Assembly: GCA_030390025.1 (NCBI GenBank)
Contig: CM059433.1
Location: 1,488,001 to 1,552,000, forward strand
DNA from: Squalus acanthias
Taxonomy: Eukaryota
Direction of reading: 5' to 3'
DNA length: 64,000 nt
Shown piece by piece: positions 10,030-23,855 of the stretch. Under the pieces are notes generated by a model. The model saw only the letters and a program-made list of their open reading frames with translations, made no database searches and was not told the origin of the DNA. The first letter of the stretch is position 1. Each line of letters opens with the position of its first letter. A program made the position numbers and the translations under genes.

Positions 10030-12003
10030 GCATTCCCTTAGTGCCGGTCTTCCCTCTGCCTTTGCCTGTCCTAGTGCTCCTACGCAGTGCTACCCCAGTG
10101 GCTGCTGCATGACAGATGGAAGGCTGCTGACTTTCAGTGGGGGAGACTGCAGCTGGCCTTGCAGGATGACCTCAAACACCTCTAGGCCTCGAAGGCCCGA
10201 CTGCACCACCTCAGCATGGGCGGCAGCAGCCTGGGCTGGCTGGCTGACAGGCAACAGCAAGGGCACTGGCAGAGTGGCAGTGGTGGGAGACAAATGCTGT
10301 TATCCTGAGAGAGGACAGCAGGTTCGTGCTCCACGGAGCCACTGCCACTCCCCCAGGGGCGGCGCCTCAGCAATCCTAGTAATCTGTTGGAGGACAGGTT
10401 GCTGGAGTGCTGTGACACCCTGCAAGCCCCTTTGAACACTGTAATCCACAGCCACGATGGCATCAGTCTGAGCTTCCACTGCAGCACTCAGACGTTGGGT
10501 GGCTGCTGCTTGTGCTGCAGTGGAGGGTTCACCAGTGTGCTGATGGAGTTGGCCACCTCTTCCTTGCTGGAAAGGATGGGCTCCAAGCTCTGCGCAAAGC
10601 CATGTGCCTAGTTGGTCCCGAACTCTTCCATGATCCTTGATATTGAACGCAGGCTTTCTGGCAGGCATCCCAATGCACCAAGCATTTCATCGTGTATACC
10701 CATCAGCCTTCTTCTGCAGCCTGCCCCATCGAAGTCCTCATCTTAGTCCTCTGCAGCAGAACTTGTGTGCGACCTCGCCCTCTGGCGAGCTGGCACCTTG
10801 CCTCCTGCTCTGGCTGCAAGCCACGCATGCCCGGTGTCTCACCATGTGCAAATCCCGCCTCTATGCTAACCTCTAAATTACCTGCAGTTTCGGTATCTGA
10901 GCTGGTTGCTGTGAGTGTTGAGTTGAGTGATGGTGTGTCTTCATCATCACTGCCTTCTTGCTCTTCCAACACAGCCTGGCCAGGTTGCAGTTCTTGGGTA
11001 TCTGAAAGGAAAAAAGCACGATGGTAAGGTTGTGGTGAGGGCAGGGGGGTAAAAGCAAGAGGTGCATGCTTACTCCATTTGCAGCTTGTAAATCAGAAGA
11101 GATTGTGAGATGAGGGGGAAGTGGGATGTGAGAAGGATGATTAGGTATGAAAATACCGGTATCTTCAATGGTTTTAGCCCCTCCACTGGCCACGACCTCA
11201 GCAATGGCCGTTCCAATAATGGCCAGCACCGTCTCCTCCATGGATGACCTCATGGGGGCTAAGAGATGCAAGCATGCCGGCCCCCCCTCGGTTAGCTCCT
11301 GCTGCCTCCAGTTGTGCGTCACCTTCTCCTGCAAGAGAGAGGGAAGTGTGTCAGTGAGTGTCATGCAATTTGTTTGGGTGATGTGGCTGTCATGGTTGAA
11401 TATCTGGCAATGTGTGTAAGCTGGGTGTAAGGCTTACCGCAGTGCTACATGTGTGAGGGTGAGGTGAAGCTATGAAAGTTAGGTATGAGTCCTGATTGAT
11501 AGAGATTGTTGGTAGGTGAGTGAAGGGGGAGTCATGCATTGAGCAGTGTGTGAGGCTAGTGGGGCAGTTGGTAGGATATGGCATTTGAAGATGCATTCAC
11601 TGACCTTGACCACTGGTGTGAGGTCATTGAACTTCTTGTGGCACTGAATCCAGGTCCTCGGGGCTTGACTGCTGGTATTGACCACCACGACTTGGTCCCA
11701 AAGCGATGTGCACTTGAAACGCCATAGCATACAAGGCTACGGACAAAGTGCTGGAAAATGGGATTAGAATAGATAGGGCTTGATGGCCGGTGCAGACACG
11801 ATGGGCCGAAGGGTCTCTTTCTGTGCTGTATAACTCTATGACTCTATGACTATCTGCTCCCATTGCCTTCTGACCGTGTGTCTGGAGGGCCTCCTGGCCC
11901 ACTGCGGATACAGCACATCTCTCCTCCTTTCCACCTCCTCCACCAAGGCCTCTAGTGCAGCATTTGAAAACCTTGGAGCCCTCTCTCTCCCATGTTGTGC
12001 CAT
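10030..12003 (-). pseudogene. Harbinger Myb/SANT-like DNA-binding protein pseudogene, spliced
   Basis: MAQHGRERAPRFSNAALEALVEEVERRRDVLYP...QWEQI...RTWIQCHKKFNDL. Apparent exons 12003..11605, 11328..11157 and from 11001 downward, with GT/AG boundaries. The 3' end is approximate. Confidence 0.78.
11702..11850 (+). mobile_element. CR1 3'-end fragment inserted in Myb exon 1
   Basis: gatgggccgaaggg...ctgtgctgta followed by an (actctatg)n tail. Interrupts the Myb frame. Confidence 0.75.
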
Positions 12004-12514
12004 TCTTCACTGTTTTCCAGGTCAGATTCACTTCCTAAATGACTTCCAGCACCTGCTCCAGCCACAATGCACCTCCCCTTTAAGAGGTGCAGGCTAGCTT
12101 TAAGCTGTGCAGGCTAGCTTTAACTGGTGCTAGCATGTAACAATTTTGGGCCACCTGTTGATGCGTGTAGCCAATGAAAAGAGCGGTTAGCGCTGGCTGC
12201 ATGCTGAAATCATTGAAATGAGCAGGCAGCACAAAGTTGGCGAGGGTTAATCGTGCATCGCGATACTCACGCCCGTTTTCTGGGGCTATCGAATTTAGCC
12301 CCCAATAGGTCAGATCTGGAGCGGTGGATGGACGTCTCACCTTGCCAGAACACCGCCCCAAAGAGGAGAATCCCAGCACTATTGTAAAAAAGAATATCCT
12401 CCAACTCACTGTGAACAACACAGTGGGAATTTATTGGGGTAATTTCATGAAATTGCACTGGAGGCACAAAGACACACATTAATGATTTGGACTCAGAAAT
12501 TGGAGGTATGGTGT

Positions 12515-14165
12515 CGAATTTTGCAGATGATACCAAATTGGGTGGGGGTGGGGCGGTGTGGGGAGCGCGGCAGCATAGCTGATAATGTGGGGGTCTGCAA
12601 CAAAGTACATGAAAGCATAAACAGACTTGCAGAGAGGGTGGATAAATGGCAAATTAAATTCAATATAGCAAAGTGTGAGGCGGTTAATTTTGGCAGGAGG
12701 AATAAATCTGCCACTTATTCGTGATAGGTAAGAAATTAAATGGGGTAGAGGAACAAAGAGATGTGCAAATACAGATACATAAATCATAAAAGTAGGAGCA
12801 CAAGTTGATAAGGCCATAAAGAGTGCAAACAATATACTAGGGTTCATTTCTAGAGGACTAGAATACAAAGGTAGGGAGGTAATGTTCAATTTATACCGAA
12901 CCTCTGTTGAGGCCGCTCTTGCTGTACTGTGTGCAGTTCTGGTCTCCAGACGACAAAAAAGAATATTGAAGCAGTGGAGAAAGTGCAGAAAAGATTTACA
13001 AGGATGTTACCATAATTGAGAGGATGCAACTCTCAGGAAAGATCGAGCAGGCTGACGTTCTTTCTCTGGTAAAGACAAGACCAGGTAGAAACCTGATAGA
13101 AGCCTTTAGGGGAAAAAATTGGGTTGATTTGCACCTCTCATTAGCGCCCCCTGGGGGGGGTGGGCTAACGGGGCGCAAATCCCCTAGCGCCCGGGCGCGG
13201 TGCTGCTAACGCCTCCCGCGAAATTTAGCGGAAGGTTAGCGGTGGCGGTAGCCAGTAGCGCCCCGTGGCGCTGTGCTGCCGGCGATGACGTCATCGTCGT
13301 GCGCAGCGCCACAACCGCAAACTTCCCTTGCGCCCCCTGACCTATCGCCGGACAATGTGTGCGACAGGGTCAGGGGGCGGTTTGGCAGCCACGGCGGCGC
13401 TACTTAAAGGGCAGGAGTCGGGCGGCTGTTTTTTTTGGCCGACTGCCAGCACTTGCCCCCTCCCCTTTTTCTTGCGGGGTGCTGGCTGCGATCACTCCTC
13501 TTGAGTGCCGGGCTCTTTTCCCGGCACCTCGCTCCCCGGTGGTCGGCGGGGCCCCGGTGCGTGCAGTGCTATGCCCCTCCCCTTTAAACAGGGGAGGGAG
13601 GTCTGCAATGACACAGCATTGCGTGCCGACGCGCATGGTGCTGTTGCATGTAGCGCCGCGATCTTCACTTGTAGCGCCCCAGGATAGAGGTGGAGTGTTT
13701 TTCAGTAGTGCCCCACTTCCTGCTTGGAGCGCTACTACTGAATTTCTGGTGGAGGGGCGCTAACTTTCTCGGGGCGCTAAAATTAGCGCCCCAGCGACGT
13801 TAGCGCCCCAAAAGGGGGCGCCATCGAATTTTTCCCCCTTAAAATTATGAAAGGTTTGAAAGGGTAGATGTGGGGAAACTGTTTCCACGTGGGTGAGTCC
13901 AGAACAAGGGTGCACAAATATAAAATAGCCACTAACAGATCAAATAAAAAATGTAGGTAAGTGGTGAGAGTGTGGAACCTGCTGCCACATGGAGTGATTG
14001 AAGCAGAGAACATCGAATTAGTTAAGGGGAGGCTTGATGCATACATGAGGGAGAAGGGAATAGAGGGATACGGGGGCAGAATGGGAAGAGGTAATTCGAG
14101 TGGGAGGAGGCACACATGCTGTATAAATACCAGCATAGATCAGTTGGGCCGAATGGCCTGTTTCT
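12515..14165 (+). mobile_element. Degraded CR1 LINE 3' region, split by a MITE
   Basis: FADD-like tttgcagatgatacc, KWQIKFNIAKCE, VRVWNLLP, and a CR1 3' end gggccgaatggcctg. Confidence 0.8.
13109..13838. mobile_element. Harbinger-type MITE, GC-rich with repeated tagcgcc motifs
   Basis: Termini ggggaaaaaattgg and cgaatttttccccc. Target duplication TTA at 13106..13108 and 13839..13841. Removing the element restores the CR1 sequence gcctttaaaattatg. Confidence 0.85.
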
Positions 14166-15180
14166 GAGAATCCCGGCTATGTCAGTCTGTGTTACTCTCA
14201 ACTCCCCCAGTATGCATCCTCCGTGGGCAGTGGGTGCACGATTTCCTAAAATTACACGTTAAAAAAAAAGAAATTCTTTTAAATCTTTAGGAAAAAATAT
14301 CGATATAGAAACACAAAAATATGCACAAAAAGTCGGCCTCGAAAAAACAACCTCTTAAAAAAAAAATCTCCGAGCAAATTGCTAAAAACGGCTATTGTGT
14401 TGGGCTGTTTTTCTCTCTACCACAAATCTCCTTGAGATTAAAAAAATAACATTTTGAAACAACGGGTGCAGACCAGCCCAGCTGACAGATAAGCAAACTT
14501 GTTTCGCCTGAAAGCATAAGAAATTCCAAAGCCTTTGTCTGGGAACCTGAAAAATTCCCAATCAACAAACAGTTGAGTTTATCAGGCACAGACGTTCCAT
14601 TGTGTAATGTATTTAACCAATGAATGATATTATACCCAAAATGCTCCGTGACATCACAGTGCCAAGATAAGTGAAGCACTGTCTCAGGGGCCTGACACAC
14701 TGAACTTCTGGAAAGGAAATGCTAGTAATCTTATTGTTCTTAAAACCTTAATGATTGATTTATGATTGGATCTGAATATACACCACTGCAGAAAATTCAC
14801 CTTTAGCACCCACTGAGGATGTGTAACTTAGGCCCCATTGAAAATTCCAGTAGTCTGATTAAATACGGTCAAGACTGCACAGAGACACCCTGGCTTAGCA
14901 TTTTATTTCTCCCAATTTCTTATTGATTTTTAGAGGGAAAGTCTATTAAAATGCCTTATCCTGATCCTATCTGATAGTTGAGTGACTCTGGCACACTCAG
15001 AATGGAAGGATCCCAACTTATGCAGTGCCGCAGTCATCTCAGCAACCCCAGGCTCGGGACTGGGGGGAAACTGACACACGATTCCTATTCCTCATTGCTA
15101 TCCAGTCATTCTTGCTAGAAGTACACAAATGGATATTTGGTAAGGAGAGGATCGGGCTCGGCTGTGATGTCTTTCTTCAG

Positions 15181-15653
15181 TGTCAGCTGTGACTCAGTGG
15201 GTAGCACTCTCGCCTCTGAGTCAGAAGCTTGTGGGTTCAAGTCCCACTCCAGGGACTTGAGCACAAAAAGCTAGGCTGACACTCCCAGTGCAGTGCTGAG
15301 GGAACGCTGCACCGTCGGAGGTGCCGTCTTTCAGATGAGACGTTAAACCGAGGCCCCGTCTGCTCTCTCAGGTGGACGTAAAAGATCCCGTGGCACTATT
15401 TTGAAGAAGAGCAGGGGAGTTCTCCCCGGTGTCCTGGGGCCAATATTTATCCCTCAACCAACATAACAAAAACAGATTATCTGGTCATTATCACATTGCT
15501 GTTTGTGGGAGCTTGCTGTGTGCAAATTGGCTGCCACGTTTCCCACATTACAACAGTGACTCCACTTCAAAAGTACTTCATTGGCTGTAAAGTGCTTTGA
15601 GACGTCCGGTGGCCGTGAAAGGCGCTATAGAAATGCAAGTCTTTCTTTCTTTC
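15181..15653 (+). mobile_element. Full-length tRNA-derived SINE (SacSINE1/DeuSINE-like)
   Basis: A and B boxes, Deu-like core, (cttt)n tail. Confidence 0.88.
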
Positions 15654-16561
15654 ATGCTCGATTAGCTCATTGCCACTCACCATCTCGGTTCATGAATGAA
15701 GTATAGCCATGAGGGGAAGGTTATCACAGGCATGAAACTGTAATGCAGCATAAGTCACCACCTCCAAGAGAGGAAGGGGTAAAGGGAGGAGGTCAGAGGG
15801 AAACATTGAAGAAGGAAAATAAAACAAATTGAGCTTTGGAAGCATGGTGATCAAAATCCGGCTTAAAAATGAACACATCTACAATCTTTAAAAAAATGAA
15901 TCCGTAAGCAGTGAGTTCAAAAACACAAAGTCAGATTTCTTTTCCAGGGAACTGATTTTTCAAAGGAGGCCAAAGTCACAGTGAAGCTAATATTACACAA
16001 CGTGCATCACCCATGTGTGCACTCTTTACATATAATCCTGAATATCTATCAGCAAAATTAAACCTAAGTGGGGGCAATCCTGATTTCTTTCAGTGTGGGA
16101 TTCACAGTAGATTTGAAACTATAGCCCACAACTGAACTCCAATGTGAAAAAAGTGTTACAGCAGCCACGTATCGAAATTACAGAACACTTATTGCAGTAT
16201 TGTCAGGACAACTCACCTTGAGGTTGCAATAAGTTCAAAGTGAGCTCATATTCAAAATGGCTTTCCCTTTTTATTGAGGCATGAATTCACTCTGGGTTAA
16301 ATTTCAAAGTTTTTGCTTCCAGTGCAGAGTCTCACTTGACAGGAACATGGATTGGAGAATTAGGTGCTGAAGTCATCCACCTGATTGTTTCATCTGCGCT
16401 CCCATTAAGCAAGACCCTGTGCTGGGAACATGTAACCCTCGACTTTCCACCTTCCCCCAAGGAACTGCCTGGATTCCTCTCAGCAATTTCCCCACAGCAG
16501 TATGACTGAGTTTGGTGAATTGGGAGTGGAGTCAGGAGAAGGGTCAAAGAGAAAAGACATT

Positions 16562-17444
16562 GGGGTAGAAATTAGGTCGCGCCCCATTTCGGGCGCAAAT
16601 ATCGTCCGGACGCAAATATTAGCGCCTGGCGCTAATTATCGGCACTGACGGGAAACTTCACTTTTACCGCCCCGGGAGGTGAGTGGAGCGCTAAAGCAGG
16701 CGCTGCACACCTCTCTTAAGGCGCAAAGGCCGAGCAGTGAGGCGCTAACTCGGAGCGCTGGCGAAGCTCATGTAATGTCAGTCAGCAATGGAACACACAC
16801 ACAATGGCACGGGCCAGTTCTTAAAGGGGATGGTTAATCTTGCTTTCCATCCACATCCTGTTCATTGCTGCCTTGAATCTCGGCCTGGAGAGACTTGCAC
16901 ATCAAATGTGCTGGAAAGAACAATGGAGAGCACCAGGCAAAGAGCTCAGAGTGCAGCTCCCACGGTCTCTGCTAAATCGATACAAGGAATGGCAAATCAA
17001 AATGAACCTGCAAAGTGCTGCTCAGTACCCAAAACTCCTTCACACAACGTTGAATCTCTCCAGAAGTCTCTCCCTCTCTCTCTCAGAATGCGTAGTTCAA
17101 AAATGCCACCAACAATAAAAGACAGGAAGAGGCCCCCTTTAAATAGCGCCCCCCCAGCCCCACAGCGATTGATAGCGTTCCAGTCTTCTGGTCGTTGGAA
17201 GCGCCAGGCGGTAAGGCAGGGGGCGCCACTCAATTTCCGCTACGGGGCGCCCCAAGGGCGTTGCACCATGGAATGACGTCACAATCTGCGCGCGCAGGTG
17301 GTCGCAGCGGTAAGTTTTAGCGCCGCCGCACAATCTCAAGTTAAGTTCTCGAGCGGCGCAAACATCGCTGCGCCCGGGCTTTGCGCCCCATTAGCGCCCT
17401 CTTAAGGCGCTAACGGGTGGCGCAACCAAGTGAATTTTTACCCC
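16562..17444. mobile_element. Harbinger-type MITE
   Basis: Termini ggggtagaaatt and aatttttacccc. Target duplication ATT at 16559..16561 and 17445..17447. Confidence 0.82.
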
Positions 17445-17449
17445 ATTGC

Positions 17450-17890
17450 ATATCATTGCCTACCTTATCACATCCTCAGGATGTCCTCAGAACACTTCAC
17501 ATTTAATGAATTACTTTTTTGGAAGTATAGTCACCTTCGATATCTAGGCTAATTGCTCATAGCAAGGTCCCATAACCACAAATGAGATGAATGACCAATT
17601 AATCTCTATTTAATGATATTGATTGAGGGAGAAATGTTGGCCAGGACACTGGGAAAATTTCCGGCTCTTATTTGAATAGTACCATGGGATCTTTTATTCC
17701 ACCTAAAAAGGCAGACGTGGCCATTGGTTTAGCATCTCATCAGAAAAATGGCACCTCCAACAATGGAGCATTCCTTCAATACTGACACTGAAATGTCAGC
17801 CTAGATTAGATGCTCATATCTTGGAGTGGAGAGAACCACAACCTTGTGACTTAGAAGCAAGAGTATGACCAAATGAACTAAGCTGTTGCT
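17450..17890 (-). mobile_element. Old degraded SINE of the same family
   Basis: Patchy reverse-complement similarity to 15181..15653. Confidence 0.7.
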
Positions 17891-18049
17891 TAAACTTGTG
17901 ATCGAGGGTCGAGCCTGTATCACTCGACTGTTATAATGTCACATTTTGCTGTCAGAGATGGGTTCAGTTTTGGCAAAGGGATGCTCCTACTCTTCTGAAG
18001 TAGCCAAATGCATTTTATTCCAGAATTGATCAGATTTTGACAAGACATT

Positions 18050-18196
18050 GGCCTGGAATTTCCTTGGAGCTGCTCCTGGTCCACCACCATAAATTTGCCG
18101 GAGGCGCGGCAGAAAGCCCATTTATGTGGGGAAATGGTTTCTGCCGCAGCAAAGTTATGGCGACGGAGCGGGAGCCACTCTGAGGAATTTTCGGTC
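18050..18196. mobile_element. Small putative MITE
   Basis: Ends ggcctggaatttcc and ggaattttcggtc resemble the other MITE termini. Flanks att and aat match imperfectly. Confidence 0.45.
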
Positions 18197-19109
18197 AATT
18201 ATAATAAACACAGTGGTTTGCTGTATTATACAATAGGTCAGGGTGGAGAGAAAGATTACTTAAAACCCAATCTTCATATAATAACACGTGCATCACTCGG
18301 TTGTCAGCATGCTCTGAAAAGTTTGAGAATTGGGAACAAATTGCAATGATCTTACTTTTGCTTCTAATATATACATCAGTGAAAAATCAGGAGACATGCT
18401 ATATTAAAAAGAATAGATGGGATGAAATCATGATGTTTAATTTTAACGTAAGAACCTGTTAATGGATAAACATTAAAGTAGCAAAGGAATTTAATTTGAA
18501 GGCATTGACCCCGTTACATGCTAATATCGCACAGCACAATCTCATCACATTCAGGAAGCTATCTCACCTTATTTTCTTTCATCTTAATGTTTGTATCAAC
18601 TTATTTGTTTTTGTCATCATGGGGGAAGATTTCCTCTGAGCGCTGTGTGAAATTAATTTGGAAATCTGTGGTTTTTTTAATAAAGGGTTATGATTTTGCC
18701 AAACACGGTGGAAATCTTCTCCTTTGTGTAACACCTATCAGTCTCACTCACACACTAGTCTGCACTAAAACTACCTCAAAGGTGAAATGACCTCAAAATT
18801 ACCTCTATGTAAAGGCTAATTGCGTCCAACAAGTCTGATAAAGTGACTGAAAGTTATTGTAAACCTATATGTATTTCAGCATACAGCTGTCACACAGTAC
18901 TCAATAGGAACATGCCCAGACTCGCAGTTCCACATCATCACAACTTATTCCAGCTGTTAGTGCCTTGCAGATGTATTCACTGTGTAACAGGATTGAATGG
19001 ATAGGGATTTGTCTGTGCGTACACCTATAGAGAATATTTAAAAAAGCCTATTTAAATAATCAGAAGTAAAAGGTTATTAGTACAATAGGCAAATGGAAAA
19101 CAGAGAGAA

Positions 19110-19652
19110 TGGAGCAGGGGACTTACACCCCTTTCCTGGCCCGATCTGACCAACTGCAATTGTAAATTGCAGGCGACAAGAACACTTACCCCAAGCAGGT
19201 GGGTTTCTTTTTAAATATAAAGATTCGGCTCCGATTACATCATCAGAGCCCGATCTGCCATTTTTAGCCTGAGGCCTGAGCGGGGGAGCAGTGGTGGTTT
19301 CCGCGCCCAGCCGAACCTACTGGGAACAGCGGCCAGGGCCAGGAGACACCCAGCCACCTAAGTTTTAAAAAAACATTTTTTTTAGTCTCCTTGTGGGCCA
19401 AGAGGAGCAGAGAACTCCTCCGAGCCCCACAAGAACTGGGATTGAGTTTCTGGAGCACTGACCTTGTGCCCAGGTCCCGACCCCATGGTCCGCGGTGGAG
19501 GCCTCCTGCCGCCTGATTTTAACGGCTGGGCAGCCGGCTGATTCGGTCGGGAAGTCGGGAAGCGGCATGCTAACGAGACGATTAAAATTGGGCGAGCCTG
19601 CCTCCTGCCTCTCCCTTTGCCACATTCCCGCCCAGGAGTTCAAATCGAGCCC
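19110..19652. mobile_element. Non-autonomous DNA-transposon-like repeat
   Basis: Reverse-complement similarity to 26640..26810 and 43530..43700. Boundaries approximate. Confidence 0.55.
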
Positions 19653-21007
19653 ACAGAATTCAGGAAACGTGCTGCATGTTGATCAAGGTCTGAAAGAGGA
19701 CGATCCAGGTAATGTGTCGGGAATTCTGGTGAAGACCTACACCTCTGTCAGATGCTGCGTGATCTAGAATTTGTTTGGTATTATCGTTTCTCAGTGCACC
19801 CTCAGTTACCTGGCCCCACCTCCCCGAAAATCAACTGGAATGGCAGGAGTGAGAGACTCACAATCGCATCGTCTTTAAAAATGTATTGGCTGATTTGTGG
19901 CAGATACAGCATCGGAAGAAATGGCTGATAGGACCGAGCGCAGACAATGGGAAGTGTCACTAATACACAGAGCATCTGGTGTTTTCCTGAGATTGCATTA
20001 TGCTTGGGTTTTAAACGGCTGTTATCACTGACCAGCGCTGTCGGCTCTTTACCGTAAAAGGAAACAAATACGGATAATGAAGAAGTTTATCGTGGGATGG
20101 AAATTGTGCTGAACAGGACTGAATGAGCAAACAGAATATGCAAACAGGACAGCACCATATATTCCTGCAGCCCAGCCGCCCAGGCAAAGCTAAGGCGATT
20201 GTGGAATCTTTATAATTCCTGAAACCTTAGTTCCGAGGCTGAAGTCCTGACTGTGAGGAAATAGGCAGTTTACTGAACTGTCGGTATTTGACCTGCTTCT
20301 TTACTGAAACAATAGTCCTTCACCTTTGTGCAGATTAGCTGGATTTGTGAGGTAGACAGAGGCACTGGTGCCTAGTTTTGAAGTTAATGTGGGAGTGCAT
20401 TGAAACAATAGCAAAAGACTAACATACTGAGTGGGTCAGGGTGCCCTGACCTCTGGGGCTCACCGAGATCAAAGAGATTTCATGCTTGATGCTGTTGATT
20501 ATTTAGTGACCACAAGATCAGCGTTGCCATCAATTCCTTTTAACTATTTTACTACATTCTATACCTGTTTATCAGACATATTCAGTTAATATATGGTACA
20601 TTTAGATTGCAGTGCCGGCATTTAGGTTTATGTTTGCCACCACTGCCTCATGAGGTGATTTCTCCCTTTTGCGCTGGAGGTAAGGCACCAGCACTGGCAA
20701 ACTTAAATTACCGCTGTTGGCTGCTATTTTCTTCAAGCTGCCCATACAAGCCCATACGGAGGATAATTTCCATGGGGAGGGGGGGGTTCTCCTGCCCATC
20801 CGGCGTAACTTTGACAGAAGAGCTTGCAGCAACCCTGGGAAAATGACATGAATGGTGTTTACGCCATTTTCCCAGGGTGTCCATGACGCTCTTGCTGGAG
20901 TTACGGTGAACGATCAGGAGAGCTCCCCGTGGAAATTCACCCCTTCATCTCCAATGCAACCTGGAAACGATTGCCTATGTAAAAGTTCAAATATGTGCGG
21001 TTGCTTC

Positions 21008-21425
21008 AACAACAACAACAACAAATTGTATTTATATAGCGCCTTTAACGTAGTAAAACGTCCAAGGCGCTGCACAGGAGTATTGTAAGACAAAATATTT
21101 GACACCGAGCCACATAAGGATAAATTAGGGCAGGTGACCAAAAGCTTGGTCAAAGAGGTAGGTTTTAAGGAGCATCTTAAAGGAGGAGAGAGAGGTAGCG
21201 AGGCGGAGAGTTTTAGGCAGGGAATTCCAGAGCTTAGGGCCCAGGCAACAGAAGGCACGGCCACCAAAGGTGGAGCGATTATAATCAGGGATGCTCAAGA
21301 GGGCAGAATTAGAGGAGCGCAGATTTCTCGGAGGGTTGTGGGGCTGAAGGAGATTACAGAGATAGGGAGGGGCGAGGCCATGGAGGGATTTGAAAACAAG
21401 GATGAGAATTTTGAAATCGAGGCGC
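21008..21425 (-). mobile_element. L2 LINE 3' fragment
   Basis: RLDFKILILVFKSLHGLAPPYL...GGRAFCCLGPKLWNSLP...FKMLLKTYLF and a (ttg)n tail. Confidence 0.88.
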
Positions 21426-21564
21426 TGCTTCAATGTCATTATTGGGATTGTTGCAACATTGAACCTGGGCAATCTTACAGATGTACATGTTTCAGTGTTG
21501 CTGCCTGTGCTCGGTTCCACCTTGCAAAGTAATTGGCTGATTCTAAACACCAGCCCAACCTATA

Positions 21565-22004
21565 AAGAAAGACTTGTGTTTATATAGCGCCTTGCACAAC
21601 CTCAGGACGTTCCAAAGTGCTTTACAACCAATGAAGTACTTTTGAAGTGGGGTCACTGTTGTAATGTGGGAAACACAAGTTCCCACAAACAGCAATGAGA
21701 TAATGACCAGATCATCTGTTTTAGTGATATATGGTTGAGGGATAAATTTGGCCAGGACACCAGGGAGAACTCCCCTGCTCTTCTTCAAATAGTGTCGTGG
21801 GATTTTTTACATTCACCTGAGAGAGCAGACGGAGCCTTGGTTTAACGTCTTATTGAAAGACGGCACCTCCGACAGTGCAGCACTCCCTCAGCACTGCACT
21901 GAAGAGTCAACCTGGATTATGTGCTCAAGTTTCCAGAGTGGGACTTGAAACCACAACCTTATGAGTCAGAGGCGAGTGTGCTACCCACTGAGCCACAGCT
22001 GACA
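21565..22004 (-). mobile_element. tRNA-derived SINE (SacSINE1/DeuSINE-like)
   Basis: Reverse complement of the 15181 copy with a small internal deletion. Confidence 0.88.
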
Positions 22005-22190
22005 CCCATGGACACCGTTGCACAATATAAACACAAGATTAGATTTTGTTTATTCTATTTTATAGCATTACATTTGATGTAAAGTATATATTTAGGATAT
22101 GTGAAATCCAACCATGTAATACAATAATTATCTCCACAAGTGAAACTGATTGGAAATCTTCTGAATGACAAGAATTAGTGAACAGTCTCA

Positions 22191-22498
22191 TGTGCAACAT
22201 CCCCACCGACACCTGGGAATCCCTGGCCCAAGACCGCACAAAGTGGAGGAGAAGCATCTGGGAAGGCGCCGAACACCTCGAGTCTCTTCGCTGGGAGCAA
22301 GCGGAAGCCAAGCGCAAACAGCGGAAGGAGCGCACGTCAACCCAAGCACCTCACCCACCCACCCCTTCAACCACCGTCTGCCCCACCTGTGACAGAGACT
22401 GTAGGTCCCGCATTGGACTCATCAGTCACCTGAGAACTCATTTTTAATGTGGAAGCAAGTCATCCTCAGTTCCGAGGGACTGCCTAAGAAGAAGAAGA
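22191..22498 (+). mobile_element. RTE LINE 3' fragment
   Basis: Same C-terminus and (aag)n tail as 2135..3122. Confidence 0.9.
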
Positions 22499-23008
22499 GT
22501 GGAGATATTTATCATATCAGATGGCTGGCTTGGATGTGCTGAAAGTGTTGACTCATATTCGATGTGAACAGCTCTTAGTTACCTCGCTGAAGTGACCACT
22601 TTTCTTGTGCAAGCCTTGGTCCTTTAAATGAGCATCCCCTGGCTATTCAACCATGGGGAGAACTGAAGCCCAGCTAAATCCTATCCTCACCCAACATCCA
22701 CACGAGGGCACTTTTCAGTCACTGAACGCTAATTTGGAACAGAAACTCTGACTGATTTATCTCCTCCCTATCCTAGGAAAATCAATTAGTTATTTGTAAC
22801 ATCGCTTGTTCGTTGTGATGTCAATCTGTTTTTATTTCACTGTAAGTTCAGGTCATTTTAATGGCTCCAATGCTCCCTCTGGAGACACTGGAAGCCACGC
22901 TGACCCTTTCTTCTACCTCCTCCAATACCACGTGGACTGCCCTTCTAAGTAAGTGTACCCTTCTTCCCTGAAAAGAGCAACCTTCCTTTCTAGGACATGC
23001 TCGAGTAG

Positions 23009-23855
23009 CTTCTTCTTCTTCTTAGGCAGTCCCTCGGAACCGAGGATGACTTGCTTCCACATTAAAAATGAGTTCTCAGGTGTCTGATGAGTCCAATGCG
23101 GGACCTACAGTCTCTGTCACAGGTGGGGCAGATGGTGGTTGAAGGGGCGGGTGGGTGGGGTGCTTGGGTTGATGTGCGCTCCTTGCGCTGCTTGTGCTTG
23201 GCTTCCGCTTGCTCCCAGCGAAGAGACTCGAGGTGTTCCGCGCCTTCCCGGATGCTTCTCCTCCATTTTGTGCGATCTTGGGCCAAGGATTCCCAGATGT
23301 TAGTGCGGATGTTGCACTATTTCAAGGAGGCTTTGAGGGTGTCCTTGAAGCATTTTCTCTGCCCACCTGGGGCTCTCTTGCCATGTCGGAGCTCCGAGTA
23401 GAGCACTTGTTTTGGGAGTCTCGTATCGGGCATGCGGACGATGTGACCCGTCCATTGGAGCTGATTGAGCGTGGTCAAAGCTTCGATGCTGGGGATGTTG
23501 GCCTGTAGTCCGATTGCGATAATTACAGAGGAGTTTCCCTGCTGTCTGCCACAGGGAAAGTCATCGCAAGAATCCTCCTCAATCGCCTTCTCCCAGTGGC
23601 CAAAGAGCTCCTCCCAGAGTCGCAATGCGGATTCCGCCCACTAAGGGGCACAATGGACATGATCTTTACTGCGCGTCAATTACAAGAGAAATGCAGGGAA
23701 CAGCACCAACCGCTGTACATGGCCTTCTTTGACCTCACAAAGGCCTTTGACACCGTCAACCATGAGGGATTATGGAGTGTCCTCCTCAAATTTGGCTGCC
23801 CTCAAAAGTTTGTCACCATCCTCCACCTGCTTCACGATGACATGCAAGCCGTGAT
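23009..23855 (-). mobile_element. RTE LINE with a 5' inversion
   Basis: 3' part on the minus strand (23009..23504). RT segment ESQCGFRPLRGT...DLTKAFDTV on the plus strand (about 23511..23855). Flanks gctcgagtag and gctcgagaag. Confidence 0.88.

Larger units (their letters stand above)
7540..12303. mobile_element. PIF/Harbinger DNA transposon, decayed two-gene copy
   Basis: Convergent transposase and Myb/SANT genes. Candidate termini gggggcaagattcg and cgaatttagccccc. No clean target duplication, so the ends are tentative. Confidence 0.8.

Noticed and set aside
15181..15255. tRNA gene
   Set aside because: The A and B boxes are the head of a multi-copy SINE and run straight into the SINE body.
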